The position numbers and the translations under genes were made by a program. The notes beneath the pieces were generated by a model. That model was given only the letters and a program-made list of their open reading frames with translations. It made no database searches and was not told the DNA's origin. A stretch of DNA of 61,976 bases from a virus (lineage: Duplodnaviria; Caudoviricetes): positions 1-61,976 of IMG/VR virus record IMGVR_UViG_3300043410_000417; one strand, written 5' to 3'. This document shows, piece by piece, positions 22,440-32,797 of this stretch; the first letter of the stretch is position 1, and the number at the start of each line of letters is the position of its first letter.

Positions 22440-24134
22440 TTAGTTTCCTTTGTATTGAGATTCTACCAATTCATTGTGTAGTGTATCGGTCGGACCAAAC
22501 AACCCACGACCGAGTCTTCTATTGTCTACGTTTACTTGATTATTGTAGACCGTGAATGGTTTATACCCGATTCCATCGGGCATGAAAGTTTTACCGTAGT
22601 TGTCAAAGCCTGGAGTGAAACCCATTGCTTGAATAACTACATTTTGTACCTGCTTCTGTGCTTCTAGATCGGTAGCTTTACCCATCTCTTTAGCTAGATT
22701 CTTACCCTTCTCAACAGCATCGCGCTTAGCAGCTTCTTGTCTGCGTTCAGCTAGAGCCTGACGAGCAGTTGGTTGTGGCTTCTCACCACCCTGTGGTCCA
22801 CCTTGTGGCGGTTGTCCCTGCGGACCACCTTCTGGTTTTGGACCTTCAGGTTTCTTGTCCTGCTGACCCTGTTGTGGAGCACTAGGTGGTGGAGGTGGTT
22901 GAACCAACTGTACTGGAGCAGCTGGCGCTGCAGCAGAGTTAGCGGATGTTGCTGGTGGAGGAAGAGCCTTATCAACTACAGCAGAACCAGTTGTTGATGT
23001 GCTAACTGTTCCAGAAGAGTCAACAGTGGCAGTAGTTGTTGGAGCAGTCTGAGCGATTACACCTGCAGTTGCTACTGTTCCAGCAATCCCCTGCTGCTCA
23101 AGAACCATCTTCTTGGCATATGCTACAGCGTAGTCTGGACACTTCGAATCGTACAGAGCATTCAGTCTACATTGTTGATCAAAGTAGGCGCTAGCATAAC
23201 CAGAACAAGTTGTTGATGAAAGTGGATTAATAGTGCATTGTTGTGTTGCATACGCTTCAGCATATCCTGTACAACGAGTGTTGTAGAGTGGATTCGCTGT
23301 GCATTGCTGATTGAAGTACGCTTGTTCATATCCCTCACATGTGGTAGAATAGAGTGGGTTGGTAGAGCACTGATAGTTTAGATACGCATTAGCGTATCCT
23401 GGACAGTCAGGAGAGTAAAGCGGATTGATCGTGCACTGTTGAGTTTGATATGCTGCTGCATACCCAGAACACTGAGTAGAGTATAGAGGGTTAGCAGTAC
23501 ACTGTTGAGTCAGGTAAGCTGCAGCGTATCCTGGGCAGTTAGGACTAGACAGAGGATTAGCTGAGCACTGGTCAAATGTATAGTTTAGAGTCAGAGAAGG
23601 GTTTCTAACCTGTGGACCATAGTAACCAGCCCAGTAACGGCTATCCTTACCACTAAACTTAAGAGAGAAGTTAGCGATGTCTGCTGCTAGAAGACCTGGA
23701 CTAGTGAAGGTTTCTGTTCCACTGAATGTTGTCCAGTCAGTAGTTGTACCAAGAGCCCAAGACTTATAGTGTAGAGATGACCCATTATTAGCAGAGAAGT
23801 TTACTGCTGCTGTTAGGTTACCACTTGTCATTCCCTGATTCAAGTACTGCCAAGAGTAGTTATACCCAAGGATAGTCATACCACTATTCTGTAGCGCTGT
23901 ACTGAAGGCGTATGTATACGCCACGCTTGCCTGCGTATAACCGAACATAATCGTGTTCGTGGATGAGTTGTATCCAGGAGGTGAACCACCAGTAAGACCA
24001 CCACCAGTTGAGGTGGTGGCTACTGTACCTGTTAGGTTATTTGGTCCGATTAGGTTAGGAGAAACAGATTGCGCGTGTGCGTTGCAGATCAATCCTGCAA
24101 CCAATGCAGAAAGGATTACTGCTACTAACTTCAT
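22440..24134 (-). CDS. secreted Cys-repeat protein
   Basis: Signal peptide (AHA-Q), beta-rich domain, seven 22-aa repeats, Pro/Gln linker. Confidence 0.85.
   Translation of the reverse strand: MKLVAVILSALVAGLICNAHAQSVSPNLIGPNNLTGTVATTSTGGGLTGGSPPGYNSSTNTIMFGYTQASVAYTYAFSTALQNSGMTILGYNYSWQYLNQGMTSGNLTAAVNFSANNGSSLHYKSWALGTTTDWTTFSGTETFTSPGLLAADIANFSLKFSGKDSRYWAGYYGPQVRNPSLTLNYTFDQCSANPLSSPNCPGYAAAYLTQQCTANPLYSTQCSGYAAAYQTQQCTINPLYSPDCPGYANAYLNYQCSTNPLYSTTCEGYEQAYFNQQCTANPLYNTRCTGYAEAYATQQCTINPLSSTTCSGYASAYFDQQCRLNALYDSKCPDYAVAYAKKMVLEQQGIAGTVATAGVIAQTAPTTTATVDSSGTVSTSTTGSAVVDKALPPPATSANSAAAPAAPVQLVQPPPPPSAPQQGQQDKKPEGPKPEGGPQGQPPQGGPQGGEKPQPTARQALAERRQEAAKRDAVEKGKNLAKEMGKATDLEAQKQVQNVVIQAMGFTPGFDNYGKTFMPDGIGYKPFTVYNNQVNVDNRRLGRGLFGPTDTLHNELVESQYKGN
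23115..23567 (-). repeat. seven tandem 66-nt coding repeats
   Basis: CxxNPL(Y/S)xxxCxGYxxAYxxQQ repeated seven times. Confidence 0.85.
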
Positions 24135-24610
24135 TAGTCAGCACTCTTGACTTTTTGTGGCTTACGGTCTGGATTTTCTTCCCAGATTGCCTTAGCTTGT
24201 TCGCCGATCTTACCATCGACTGGACATGGAGTTCCTGCGTTCATCATAGCAGTAAATACACGTTCGTCTTGGCACATGATCGCGACTGCGGCAACCTTCA
24301 TACCCATGTCATAAACACCACGAGCTAACTTCAAGCGTTCGCAGTTTTTATCGGTGGTAGTACCACCCATGGAAATACCTAGAATTTGCGTTTGGACAGC
24401 AGCTGATGCTCCGACTGCACAAACATCGGAGTTAATAACTGTAATTGCTGGAGCCACCGCTGTTGGTGGAGGAGACTTCACTGTAGTAGTGCTGTCTGTT
24501 TTAGAATAAGATGTGCTATTAGAAGTCGAGTCAGTAACGATGGGGTCAATAGCCATCGCTGAAGATGTAAACATGACAAAAAGCAGCATCGTGCCGAACT
24601 TTTTGTTCAT
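24134..24610 (-). CDS. secreted hypothetical protein
   Basis: Signal peptide, four Cys, SPPPTAVAP..AGTPCP. Confidence 0.8.
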   Translation of the reverse strand: MNKKFGTMLLFVMFTSSAMAIDPIVTDSTSNSTSYSKTDSTTTVKSPPPTAVAPAITVINSDVCAVGASAAVQTQILGISMGGTTTDKNCERLKLARGVYDMGMKVAAVAIMCQDERVFTAMMNAGTPCPVDGKIGEQAKAIWEENPDRKPQKVKSAD

Positions 24611-24664
24611 TTGGTTCCCTTTGTAAAAGTATTAAGAACACTTTTATTTAGGGGTTGCAAATTC

Positions 24665-25747
24665 TTACGGGGTTACTCGACGCCCCGCTGAATCATACTC
24701 AACGACCTTACCCTTATCGTTGACTTGAATCTCTTCGACTTCTTGTTCGATTGACTTAACGCCGATAGATTCGTTTACTTTACTTAGGAATGATCTAGCC
24801 TTGTCAGACTCTGGAATTTGACGATCTCTGAGGTATAGTTCTGAAGACCACTCAGTCGGGACTGGTTCTTCCTCTACTTGAATATCCTCTTCAAGTTCTT
24901 CTGGTGTAGGTGGTTCACCGACATCTGCTACCCAAGCATCAGGTTTAATGCTTTCTTCTTCCTCGGGCTTCTTATTGAAGAACTCTGTCCAGTTTGGTTG
25001 GGCGTTTCTCTTCATATTCCAGTTAGCAGCGATAAGCAATAGAACTGCCAATGGGTCGAAAACAGAAACGATCATCATAGTGACGAAACGAACAGCCTTC
25101 TCTAAGACGTCTGCGTTAGCGTTGTCTTCGTAGATTACAGCTGCGATGTACTTGATTGGTCCAACTTCGGCTTCAACCTTACGAGCCTCAGCGCGAATCG
25201 GTGCTGACTCTTCCATAAGTTTACTAACTGTCGCCTGTTCGGTTTGGATCTCACCCAAGAGACGGGTGCGCTCTTTAGCCTGAGATCTTCTGATAGCAAC
25301 TGCTTTATCGGCACCCTTTTCATCTGCGCTGCGTGCCATGACCTGATCCACCGACTCATCAAGTTGTTTAAGAGCTTTGCGGTTCGCATCGATATTATCC
25401 TTTGCTATCTTAACTTTCTCATCATATAGACTAACTTTAGCTGCGATGTCACCAGTTGGAATAGCCTGATCCAAGTGGGCTTTACTCAAGAAGCCGAAGA
25501 TACCCATCGATGTCAAGAACATCAGGATGATCAAAGCTGCTGTGAAGTAAGTTTTAAGAAGGATTGGAATCTCTTTCCAGTTTCGGTATAACCAAGAAGC
25601 CACGACTAGCTTAGCCGCACCCAGCAGAATCCCCATGACCATGATAGGTGTAGAGGCTGCAGCGAAGATAGCCATCAAACCGACGATGGCATACCACTCA
25701 GCTACGGCTGAAAGAGATAGGGCGATGACTAAGAGTAAGTATGTCAT
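24665..25747 (-). CDS. multi-pass membrane coiled-coil protein
   Basis: TSMGIFGFLSKAH, EAEVGPIKYIA and VFDPLAV motifs. Confidence 0.8.
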   Translation of the reverse strand: MTYLLLVIALSLSAVAEWYAIVGLMAIFAAASTPIMVMGILLGAAKLVVASWLYRNWKEIPILLKTYFTAALIILMFLTSMGIFGFLSKAHLDQAIPTGDIAAKVSLYDEKVKIAKDNIDANRKALKQLDESVDQVMARSADEKGADKAVAIRRSQAKERTRLLGEIQTEQATVSKLMEESAPIRAEARKVEAEVGPIKYIAAVIYEDNANADVLEKAVRFVTMMIVSVFDPLAVLLLIAANWNMKRNAQPNWTEFFNKKPEEEESIKPDAWVADVGEPPTPEELEEDIQVEEEPVPTEWSSELYLRDRQIPESDKARSFLSKVNESIGVKSIEQEVEEIQVNDKGKVVEYDSAGRRVTP

Positions 25748-26172
25748 AACTTGTTTTTGATATGGGATCCGTGGACTCGAACAGAGATCTGCCCGTTGTA
25801 GTAGTCGTCAGATTCCAGAACCTTTCTAGAAAATTGTTCCCTCGCTTCGATATAAGAACACTCTGCTTTTGATTTGCAGAAGAACAAAATCTCTCGTGTA
25901 AAGTTACCCTTACCGAGAGATGCTACATCTTTATTTAGTTCTATGGAAGACCCATAGTAGTCTAGCCAATCGGAGTCGATCTTGCCTTTGATCTTTTTTC
26001 TCTTCTTAGTGCCATTCTTTAAGGTAACCATCTTGTAGGTCGTCTTTGAGAACTTGGCGAGTTTCTTACCGATATATTTACGTTGATTGGTCAGGTTTGT
26101 AATTAGATATACAAACCCGACACAATCTTCAGTTAGTTCTAGTACTGGTTGATTTTTGTAATACCAAGTCAT
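25744..26172 (-). CDS. GIY-YIG (Seg-like) endonuclease
   Basis: GFVYLITN..KYIGKK..YYGSS..F.REIL..YYN. Confidence 0.85.
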   Translation of the reverse strand: MTWYYKNQPVLELTEDCVGFVYLITNLTNQRKYIGKKLAKFSKTTYKMVTLKNGTKKRKKIKGKIDSDWLDYYGSSIELNKDVASLGKGNFTREILFFCKSKAECSYIEAREQFSRKVLESDDYYNGQISVRVHGSHIKNKL

Positions 26173-26321
26173 TCTTGTTCATCTAGATCTTCCTCCTCAT
26201 AGATGTCAGCCGAACAGACTGGACAGTATACTAAATCTTCCGTTCCGTGGTCGTCTCCTTTGAGGGTGATCTTGCCTCTTGCTCCGCATTCATCACACTC
26301 AAAGTATTTAGTTGTTGCCAT
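26169..26321 (-). CDS. small zinc-ribbon protein
   Basis: 50-aa ORF below track cutoff with CDEC..CPVC, coupled to nrdB stop. Confidence 0.7.
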   Translation of the reverse strand: MATTKYFECDECGARGKITLKGDDHGTEDLVYCPVCSADIYEEEDLDEQE

Positions 26322-27310
26322 TACGCTGCTTTCCCCCATACGTCGTCCCAGCTACCAGATAGAGCACCTTTAGCGTAGTCAGTGACTCGGTTCTCAAAGA
26401 AGTTACCGTGTACTGGCGCGTTGATCATTTCTTCTACCCATGGTAGTGGGTTCTTTTTAACTTTGAAAATACCCTTCATACCCATAGAAATCAAACGGCG
26501 GTCTGCAATGTAGCGGATGTATTGTTTGACGTCTTCTGGTTTAAGATCACGCATTTCATTACCAGCGAAAGACAAGTCAATAAATTTGTCTTCCAACTCC
26601 ACCATCTTTTCAGCGATGGTGTAGATTTTGCTCTTGAGTTCGTCGTTCCAGATCTCTGGGTTTTCTTTGACGTACTCTTTGAATAGCTTAATCATGGACT
26701 CGGCATGCATCGTTTCGTCAACGATAGACCAAGTAACGATCTGACCCATACCCTTCATCAAGCCATGACGAGGGAAGTTCAAGAGCATGATGAACGAAGA
26801 GAACAACTGCATACCTTCAGTGAAGGCAGAGAACACAGCGATGTGTTCTGCAGTTGAAGCAACTGTACCGTTACGAGAAGATAGATCCATGACGTAGTCA
26901 TGCTTATCTTTCATCTCTTGGTACTCCAAGAACTCATTGTATGTAGACTCAGGCATACCTAGAGTCTCGATCAGGTGAGAGTATGCAGCGATGTGTAGGG
27001 CTTCGCGAGCAGCAAAGCCAGACAACATCATCCGAATTTCAGGCTGAGGAAAATAAGGAAGATAATTGCGTACATAACCACCAGCCACGTCAATATCACC
27101 CTGTGTGAAGAAGCGGAATATATTTGTAAGAAACTTCTTTTCATCTTTGCTTAACTTCTTTTTCCAATCTTTAACGTCTTCCATCATAGGCACTTCGGTG
27201 TGTAACCAATGCGCCTGTTCGTGTTTTAACCATGCCTCATAAGCCCATGGGTAGTTGAACGGCTTAAAGTAGGTGCGTTCATCTGTTAGTTTACCGTGTT
27301 TCTTAACCAT
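26321..27310 (-). CDS. nrdB: ribonucleotide reductase class Ia beta subunit
   Basis: EALHIAAYS, TEGMQLFSSF, DETMH. Confidence 0.95.
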   Translation of the reverse strand: MVKKHGKLTDERTYFKPFNYPWAYEAWLKHEQAHWLHTEVPMMEDVKDWKKKLSKDEKKFLTNIFRFFTQGDIDVAGGYVRNYLPYFPQPEIRMMLSGFAAREALHIAAYSHLIETLGMPESTYNEFLEYQEMKDKHDYVMDLSSRNGTVASTAEHIAVFSAFTEGMQLFSSFIMLLNFPRHGLMKGMGQIVTWSIVDETMHAESMIKLFKEYVKENPEIWNDELKSKIYTIAEKMVELEDKFIDLSFAGNEMRDLKPEDVKQYIRYIADRRLISMGMKGIFKVKKNPLPWVEEMINAPVHGNFFENRVTDYAKGALSGSWDDVWGKAA

Positions 27311-27313
27311 TTA

Positions 27314-29113
27314 TTATCCTTCACATGCCAAGCATTCGTTACCTTGTGCGAGATCGTGTAGGTTGATCTCCTTGATAACTTCACGCTCAATTTTCTTAGC
27401 GACCTTATCAGCCTTAGCGATCTTGTCAGAACGGCAGTAGTACATAGTCTTCAATCCCTGCTTCCATGCTTGGAAGTGGACTGCGTGGATGTACTTGATA
27501 TGACTGTCTGGTCTGAAGAACACATTCAAAGACTGTGCTTGGTCTACATGTACTTGCCTGTCTGCGGCGTGTTGTACGACCCAGCGCTGGTCAATTTCCA
27601 TAGACGTCTTGAAAACATCTTTTGTCCAGTCGTCCATCCAATCGATGTGCTGAACCGAACCATCGTTCGCAATAATGCTACGCCACACTTCATCTGCCCA
27701 TCCCTCTGGATGCTGTTCAGCTTCCTTCTGAATTACTTTATCTAGATAACGATTCTTGTTTAGGTGAGAACCCGATAGAGTGTCTTGGCGATAAGCGTTG
27801 GCACGATAAGGTTCAATACTAGGAGAAGTATTCCCCATGAGAATGGAAGAAGAAGCATTGGGAGCGATAGCCATAAGATGACTAAAACGATTCCCAGTAC
27901 CAGCTGCATCAGGAGCCTCACCTCGCTCGGCACCCAATTCTTTATTAGCGACATCTAATTTACCTCTGACTAATGCGAAGATTGCTTTGTTGAGTCCGAC
28001 TGCCATTGACGATTCCCATGGCACGTTCTTTCGTTGTAGAAGAGCATGGAAGCCCAAAGCACCGATACCAATGCTGCGCTCACGAACGGCAGAATACCGT
28101 GCACGCTCAATGGCGGAAGGAGCATTATCGATAAAATACTGAAGAACATTGTCAAGCATTTCAGCAATATCACGAAGAAATAGAGGATCATCTTTCCACT
28201 CATCATAGTACTCCAAATTCAAAGAGGACAAACAACAAACCGCAGTACGCTCTTCATTTGTTGGGAGAATAATCTCAGAGCAGAGATTAGACTGGTGAAC
28301 CTTTAACCCTCTGTCCTTCAACCAATGTGGTAGCTTACGATTAGATTCATCAATGAAGTGTAGGTATGGCTCGCCTGTCTGCATGCGCATCTCGAGAATC
28401 TTCTGCCAGAGTTCCTTGGCAGAAACAACTTCACGGACTTCACCGCTGTGTGGGTCTTTTAATTCCCAAGAGTCGTCGGCTTCGTTATCAACCATACAAC
28501 GCTCGATGATTTCCATGAAGGCGTCAGGGATGTTGATACCGTGATGTAGGTTCAGACAACGCATGTTCTGGTCGCCTGTTGGCTTACGCATCTCAAGGAA
28601 GATCAGAACATCAGGGTGAGAAATGTCAAGATAAGCAGCATAAGATCCACGACGAGTGCGACCCTGACGGTAAGCCAGAGAGGACGCATCATACATCTTA
28701 AGGTGGGGCATAACACCAGTAGATTTGTCATCAGCGCTACGAATACCAAAACCAATCCCAACGCCACCCCCAAGCATAGAAAGCCAGTTAGTTTCGCTAA
28801 GGTTATCAACTAGACCCTCCGCTGTATCTTCGATGTAGTTTAGAAAGCAACTGATAGGCAAACCTCTTTTAGATCTGCCGAATGAGAGGATTGGGGTTGA
28901 GTATGACAACCAATGTTTTGACGAATAATCGTACAAGCGTTGAGCGTGAGCAGGATTAGAACCAAAAGCCTTGCTGACATAAGCGAATCTCTGTTGTGGG
29001 GATGTTTCTTCATCCCTCATATAACTTTCTTTTAATCGAATTTTACCAAGTTCGTCAAATAGATTATCACGGGAATAGTCAACCGTGATGCCATCGATGA
29101 CATCCATATACAC
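27314..29113 (-). CDS. nrdA: ribonucleotide reductase class Ia alpha subunit (no ATP cone)
   Basis: ISCFL, SNLCSEI, AIAPNASSS, TMYY, C-terminal CLACEG. Confidence 0.95.
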   Translation of the reverse strand: MYMDVIDGITVDYSRDNLFDELGKIRLKESYMRDEETSPQQRFAYVSKAFGSNPAHAQRLYDYSSKHWLSYSTPILSFGRSKRGLPISCFLNYIEDTAEGLVDNLSETNWLSMLGGGVGIGFGIRSADDKSTGVMPHLKMYDASSLAYRQGRTRRGSYAAYLDISHPDVLIFLEMRKPTGDQNMRCLNLHHGINIPDAFMEIIERCMVDNEADDSWELKDPHSGEVREVVSAKELWQKILEMRMQTGEPYLHFIDESNRKLPHWLKDRGLKVHQSNLCSEIILPTNEERTAVCCLSSLNLEYYDEWKDDPLFLRDIAEMLDNVLQYFIDNAPSAIERARYSAVRERSIGIGALGFHALLQRKNVPWESSMAVGLNKAIFALVRGKLDVANKELGAERGEAPDAAGTGNRFSHLMAIAPNASSSILMGNTSPSIEPYRANAYRQDTLSGSHLNKNRYLDKVIQKEAEQHPEGWADEVWRSIIANDGSVQHIDWMDDWTKDVFKTSMEIDQRWVVQHAADRQVHVDQAQSLNVFFRPDSHIKYIHAVHFQAWKQGLKTMYYCRSDKIAKADKVAKKIEREVIKEINLHDLAQGNECLACEG

Positions 29114-29123
29114 CTCTTATCTT

Positions 29124-29819
29124 TTAATTATTGAAAAGATCATCAGCCATTGGGAACGCTTCGGCGATAACCTTAGCGCATGCGACAGCGATGTCTCTGT
29201 GTTCTTCTTGTGTGCCGTTTTCTCTGCGCAGTTCAATATAATGAACCCAGCTGCGGAGTGTGCCGTTCATGTACATACGGCTAACAGTGTTACCTTCTGG
29301 CAAAACTGCTCGCGCTTGCTCTTTAGCAATACCATGCTCAACAGCCCATGCGTAGGTTTCACGTGCTTGGTTGATTAGGTTTTGCTGCAGATTTTCCCAT
29401 TGATACGCTAGTTGGCGATGATCATCTCGCGATAGGTCTAACTTTGTAGAGTTCTGGCGGTTCTTGCTATCTTGTAGTCGGGCTTCGCGCACGACAAAGG
29501 CAAGATCCTTAGTTGGGTCTGCGTAACGTTGGGAGAATTCTTGGAATGAAAAAGAGCGATGACGTAAAATCTGACGAGCGATATCACGTGTGGTTTCGAT
29601 TTCGAGACAAACGCTAACCATCTCGAGAGGAGACCAGTGCTTGTTCTTGATCAAGTAGCGAATTAGCTTGTCTGCTGTGTCGGTGTTGAACTGGTTGCTG
29701 GGATTGCTCACTCGGGCGCAGAACGCAACTAACTCCTGCGCATCCATCAAACCTTCATCGTACATTTCACGAGATGGTTTGCTATAACTAATCAATTTTA
29801 CTTTCATACTTTCTTCCAT
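29124..29819 (-). CDS. thyX: FAD-dependent thymidylate synthase
   Basis: RHRSFSFQEFSQRY. Confidence 0.96.
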   Translation of the reverse strand: MEESMKVKLISYSKPSREMYDEGLMDAQELVAFCARVSNPSNQFNTDTADKLIRYLIKNKHWSPLEMVSVCLEIETTRDIARQILRHRSFSFQEFSQRYADPTKDLAFVVREARLQDSKNRQNSTKLDLSRDDHRQLAYQWENLQQNLINQARETYAWAVEHGIAKEQARAVLPEGNTVSRMYMNGTLRSWVHYIELRRENGTQEEHRDIAVACAKVIAEAFPMADDLFNN

Positions 29820-30835
29820 GTGCTAAATCTTAATTCCGCTTCAATCCCTGAAAAGGTATTTGTATTTATCGTTTCCATTATCTGGTCCACCGACATTCCA
29901 CCGTCCCTAATCATATCATTGATATCTTTTTGTTCGATATGTTCAGGGAACATACAAACACTATAACCAGCCTTGATATTCTTGGCAAGCAATTTGGTTA
30001 TTTCTTTTGAGCGAGGCTCATTATCCATCACTAACGTAGCATTAGCAAGGATCCTACGAACACTAGGGGTATCAAAACTGCTTCCTGATACAGCCACGCA
30101 GTTCGGGAGGAACAAAGAGTCAATTGGTCCTTCCACCACGTAGATTCGTTTACTGAAGTCAACTCTGTCGAGTCCATATACTTTCTCCTCATTATCATCC
30201 ACTTTGATCATGTAATACTTCGGCTGTTCATCACCAAACGCTCTAGCCTGATAAGCGAAACACTTACCCGCTGCAGTAAAGTAAGGGATGATTAGTCGAG
30301 GGTGTTCACCTTCAATCGGCTCTTGAAACTTAGGAGTGACTGTGTTAGTGTACTGTTTAAATTTAGGAGCGAAGTAAAGTAGCTTCCACTTATCTCTAGG
30401 CAACTTACGATCAATCAGATACTTCAAAGCAGGATGGGTGAGTGGTAACTTATCCATTCTCGTTAGAGAGGAAAGGATATCATCCTCGAGCAATTCTTCT
30501 TTGGGAGATTCTAGAATGACGCTAGTTTCTTTAACGTCTTTGTGATCATTGTATCTTGTAGCGCCAGCTTTGTAGCGTTCAAGAACATACTCATCATAAA
30601 GTTTAGAGTCCACATACTTGATAAGGTTGCCTACGTTAGTACCCTTACCACAGTTATGGCATTTGTAGAGAAGATCTGCTTTGGAACGATAAAGGTATCC
30701 ACGCGCCTTCAATTTGTTGGTTGTGCTATCCCCACAAAATGGACACGAAAAGTTCCAATTGTAATCTTTCTTTTGTTTGAAATTTCGTAGGCGACTGCCT
30801 AGTAGTAGTGCATACTTTGCATCAATGTATAACAT
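29804..30835 (-). CDS. gp61: DNA primase
   Basis: CPFCGDS..CHNCG zinc finger, VEGPIDSLF, DNEPR, KDIND. Confidence 0.95.
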   Translation of the reverse strand: MLYIDAKYALLLGSRLRNFKQKKDYNWNFSCPFCGDSTTNKLKARGYLYRSKADLLYKCHNCGKGTNVGNLIKYVDSKLYDEYVLERYKAGATRYNDHKDVKETSVILESPKEELLEDDILSSLTRMDKLPLTHPALKYLIDRKLPRDKWKLLYFAPKFKQYTNTVTPKFQEPIEGEHPRLIIPYFTAAGKCFAYQARAFGDEQPKYYMIKVDDNEEKVYGLDRVDFSKRIYVVEGPIDSLFLPNCVAVSGSSFDTPSVRRILANATLVMDNEPRSKEITKLLAKNIKAGYSVCMFPEHIEQKDINDMIRDGGMSVDQIMETINTNTFSGIEAELRFSTWKKV

Positions 30836-30890
30836 TATAACTCCACGTGTAGAGAGTAATTATACCCTACACGTGGTTGCAAAGCAAAAT

Positions 30891-31247
30891 TTATTTTCCA
30901 AAGACCTTTGAGAATAGATCTAAGTGTCCGACTAGATAACCAGCTGCAATCGCGCCACCTACAATCATCCAGCGCCATCTTTCAAGAACGTCTACACGAT
31001 CTGTAACTTTCTTGACATCTTGCTTAATGTCTGCCTGAATCTCTGCATGTTGTTTCTTTGCAGCATCCGCGCTGGCATTCATTTTATTTTCTAGACGAGT
31101 TTCCAGTTGGTCAATCTTATCCACAATCTCACGGTTACCAGTAGTAATGCGAGAATGGATTTCCTTAACGTCACCCTTAAGTTCGGCAACGTCATCTTTC
31201 ATTGCTTCGACTTGTGCTTCCAATTTGGCGATTCTTTCTGTTTCCAT
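30891..31247 (-). CDS. coiled-coil protein with C-terminal TM segment
   Basis: Heptads then LERWRWMIVGGAIAAGYLVG. Confidence 0.75.
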   Translation of the reverse strand: METERIAKLEAQVEAMKDDVAELKGDVKEIHSRITTGNREIVDKIDQLETRLENKMNASADAAKKQHAEIQADIKQDVKKVTDRVDVLERWRWMIVGGAIAAGYLVGHLDLFSKVFGK

Positions 31248-31251
31248 GGCT

Positions 31252-31842
31252 TTACTTATTGTAGATCTGTTGTTGTTCTTTCACCCAATTCTGTAAAGCC
31301 TTTAGTTGTTCTGCGACTTTGTGGTAGGTGGTGTAGTTTTCTGTGACTGTTGTTGCGACCCCAGAGAGTTTAACATCGGAGGCTCCACCATCAACACTTC
31401 TGGTGGAGTCGGGAACTTCATTGCGACTGGCACTGTCGTGGAGCAGGACGAAACCATTAGGGATAACGCACTGAGTGTCATCAGCTTTAGTAATATATTT
31501 TGGCACTTCTTTGATGATTGCATCACCCTTCTCCTTAACGACTTCAACTTTGGTTACATACTTTGTTACAACTTTTGTGGTTGCTTCAGCTGAAGCAGTA
31601 TCCTTCTTGGCCATTTCTAATTTAGCGTCAGCAACCTTAGCTTCCCAACGCTCTTGATTAGAGATTCCACCTTCCATCCATAGTCCACAGATAATGACGA
31701 AGATGGAAATTATCTTCATCGGCAGGACATACTTGGAAACAAATGGGACATTGCCAAATAAAAAAGCTAGTGCTGCACCCGCAACACCAGCAAATAAAAT
31801 TAGGTGAAATATCCAGAAGGGTAAAAGATCAAGAATCCACAT
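31252..31842 (-). CDS. putative i-spanin (Rz-like)
   Basis: N-terminal TM segments, periplasmic helix, C.IP.GF..LHD, embedded lipoprotein gene. Confidence 0.7.
   Translation of the reverse strand: MWILDLLPFWIFHLILFAGVAGAALAFLFGNVPFVSKYVLPMKIISIFVIICGLWMEGGISNQERWEAKVADAKLEMAKKDTASAEATTKVVTKYVTKVEVVKEKGDAIIKEVPKYITKADDTQCVIPNGFVLLHDSASRNEVPDSTRSVDGGASDVKLSGVATTVTENYTTYHKVAEQLKALQNWVKEQQQIYNK
31302..31523 (-). CDS. putative o-spanin lipoprotein (Rz1-like), fully embedded
   Basis: Hydrophobic signal, lipobox VSS-C, Pro-rich mature part in an alternative frame. Confidence 0.7.
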   Translation of the reverse strand: MQSSKKCQNILLKLMTLSALSLMVSSCSTTVPVAMKFPTPPEVLMVEPPMLNSLGSQQQSQKTTPPTTKSQNN

Positions 31843-31844
31843 GA

Positions 31845-32384
31845 TTATTTATTCACTGGCGCTGGACGGCGAGCCATCACTTGATACTTCTTGATGTCTT
31901 TCTTACCGATCTTTGGTTCTTGTGTAGCAACTGGACCGCTAGTATTATTTGTTGGTGCACCACCAACAGCACCAGCGCCCATACCTTCCTCAGCTAGAAC
32001 CTTAGATACAACAAGTTGTTCTTCAGCTAGGACGACATTGCTATTAACGATACGCATGACTTCTTTGTATCGTTCTTCCATAAGAGATGTGGTTCTTGAA
32101 CCACTCTCATAGTATTCTTTGACTAACCATAATGCACTGACTAGACTCTTTAGAGTGCTCTCACCACCTGGAAGACGGTTGATGATCTTCTTCATATTGA
32201 AGACTAGACGATCTAGATACGTGAAGGCTTCCTTCTCTTCTGCAGTGCGAAGAGTGCTTGCTGGCTTAAGAGTGTTACCGTGAGCATCAATGATACCTAG
32301 TTTGAACGCCTTCGTGTCACTGAAGTTAGTGACAAGCATTCGAACAATTTTCATCGCTACTACGTTATCTACGATACGACTCAT
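31845..32384 (-). CDS. conserved T4-like hypothetical protein
   Basis: AFKLGIIDAHG..AFTYLDRLVFNMKK. Confidence 0.8.
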   Translation of the reverse strand: MSRIVDNVVAMKIVRMLVTNFSDTKAFKLGIIDAHGNTLKPASTLRTAEEKEAFTYLDRLVFNMKKIINRLPGGESTLKSLVSALWLVKEYYESGSRTTSLMEERYKEVMRIVNSNVVLAEEQLVVSKVLAEEGMGAGAVGGAPTNNTSGPVATQEPKIGKKDIKKYQVMARRPAPVNK

Positions 32385-32761
32385 TAGATATTCCTTAACG
32401 TTGCTATCACTCTCTCATCCAATTGTACTTGAGAGAGTTGTATTCCATACTGCGGTATCGTCTCTGGCATTCTTTCTAAGTAAACCAAAAACGTAATCAG
32501 TACATCCCAATTAGACTTTTCAATTTTGTAGAAGAGCATGTTAGTTGCTGCTTCTCCAAAGATATTATAAAGTACGATAATATGATTGAGAATTAGACGT
32601 TCTCTCAACTCACCATTATTTTTGTAACGAGATAATAACTTCTTTAGATATAGGATCTTCTTCAGATCTTCTTCGAACTCATCTAGGCTATGACATTGTG
32701 GATTATCATAGTGATGCATCGCATAAACAAGGAAGTTATTTTCAGTCAGTTTCTCTAGCAT
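32384..32761 (-). CDS. conserved T4-like hypothetical protein
   Basis: YDNPQC..EFEEDL..ERLILNHIIVLYN. Confidence 0.85.
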   Translation of the reverse strand: MLEKLTENNFLVYAMHHYDNPQCHSLDEFEEDLKKILYLKKLLSRYKNNGELRERLILNHIIVLYNIFGEAATNMLFYKIEKSNWDVLITFLVYLERMPETIPQYGIQLSQVQLDERVIATLRNI

Positions 32762-32797
32762 AATGAAGTAGAGGGATTTTCACCCTCCAGATTCTAA

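Noticed and set aside
25744-29113. Intron or intein linked to the GIY-YIG gene in nrdA/nrdB
   Set aside because: nrdA, nrdB, thyX and gp43 are uninterrupted; the nuclease is free-standing.
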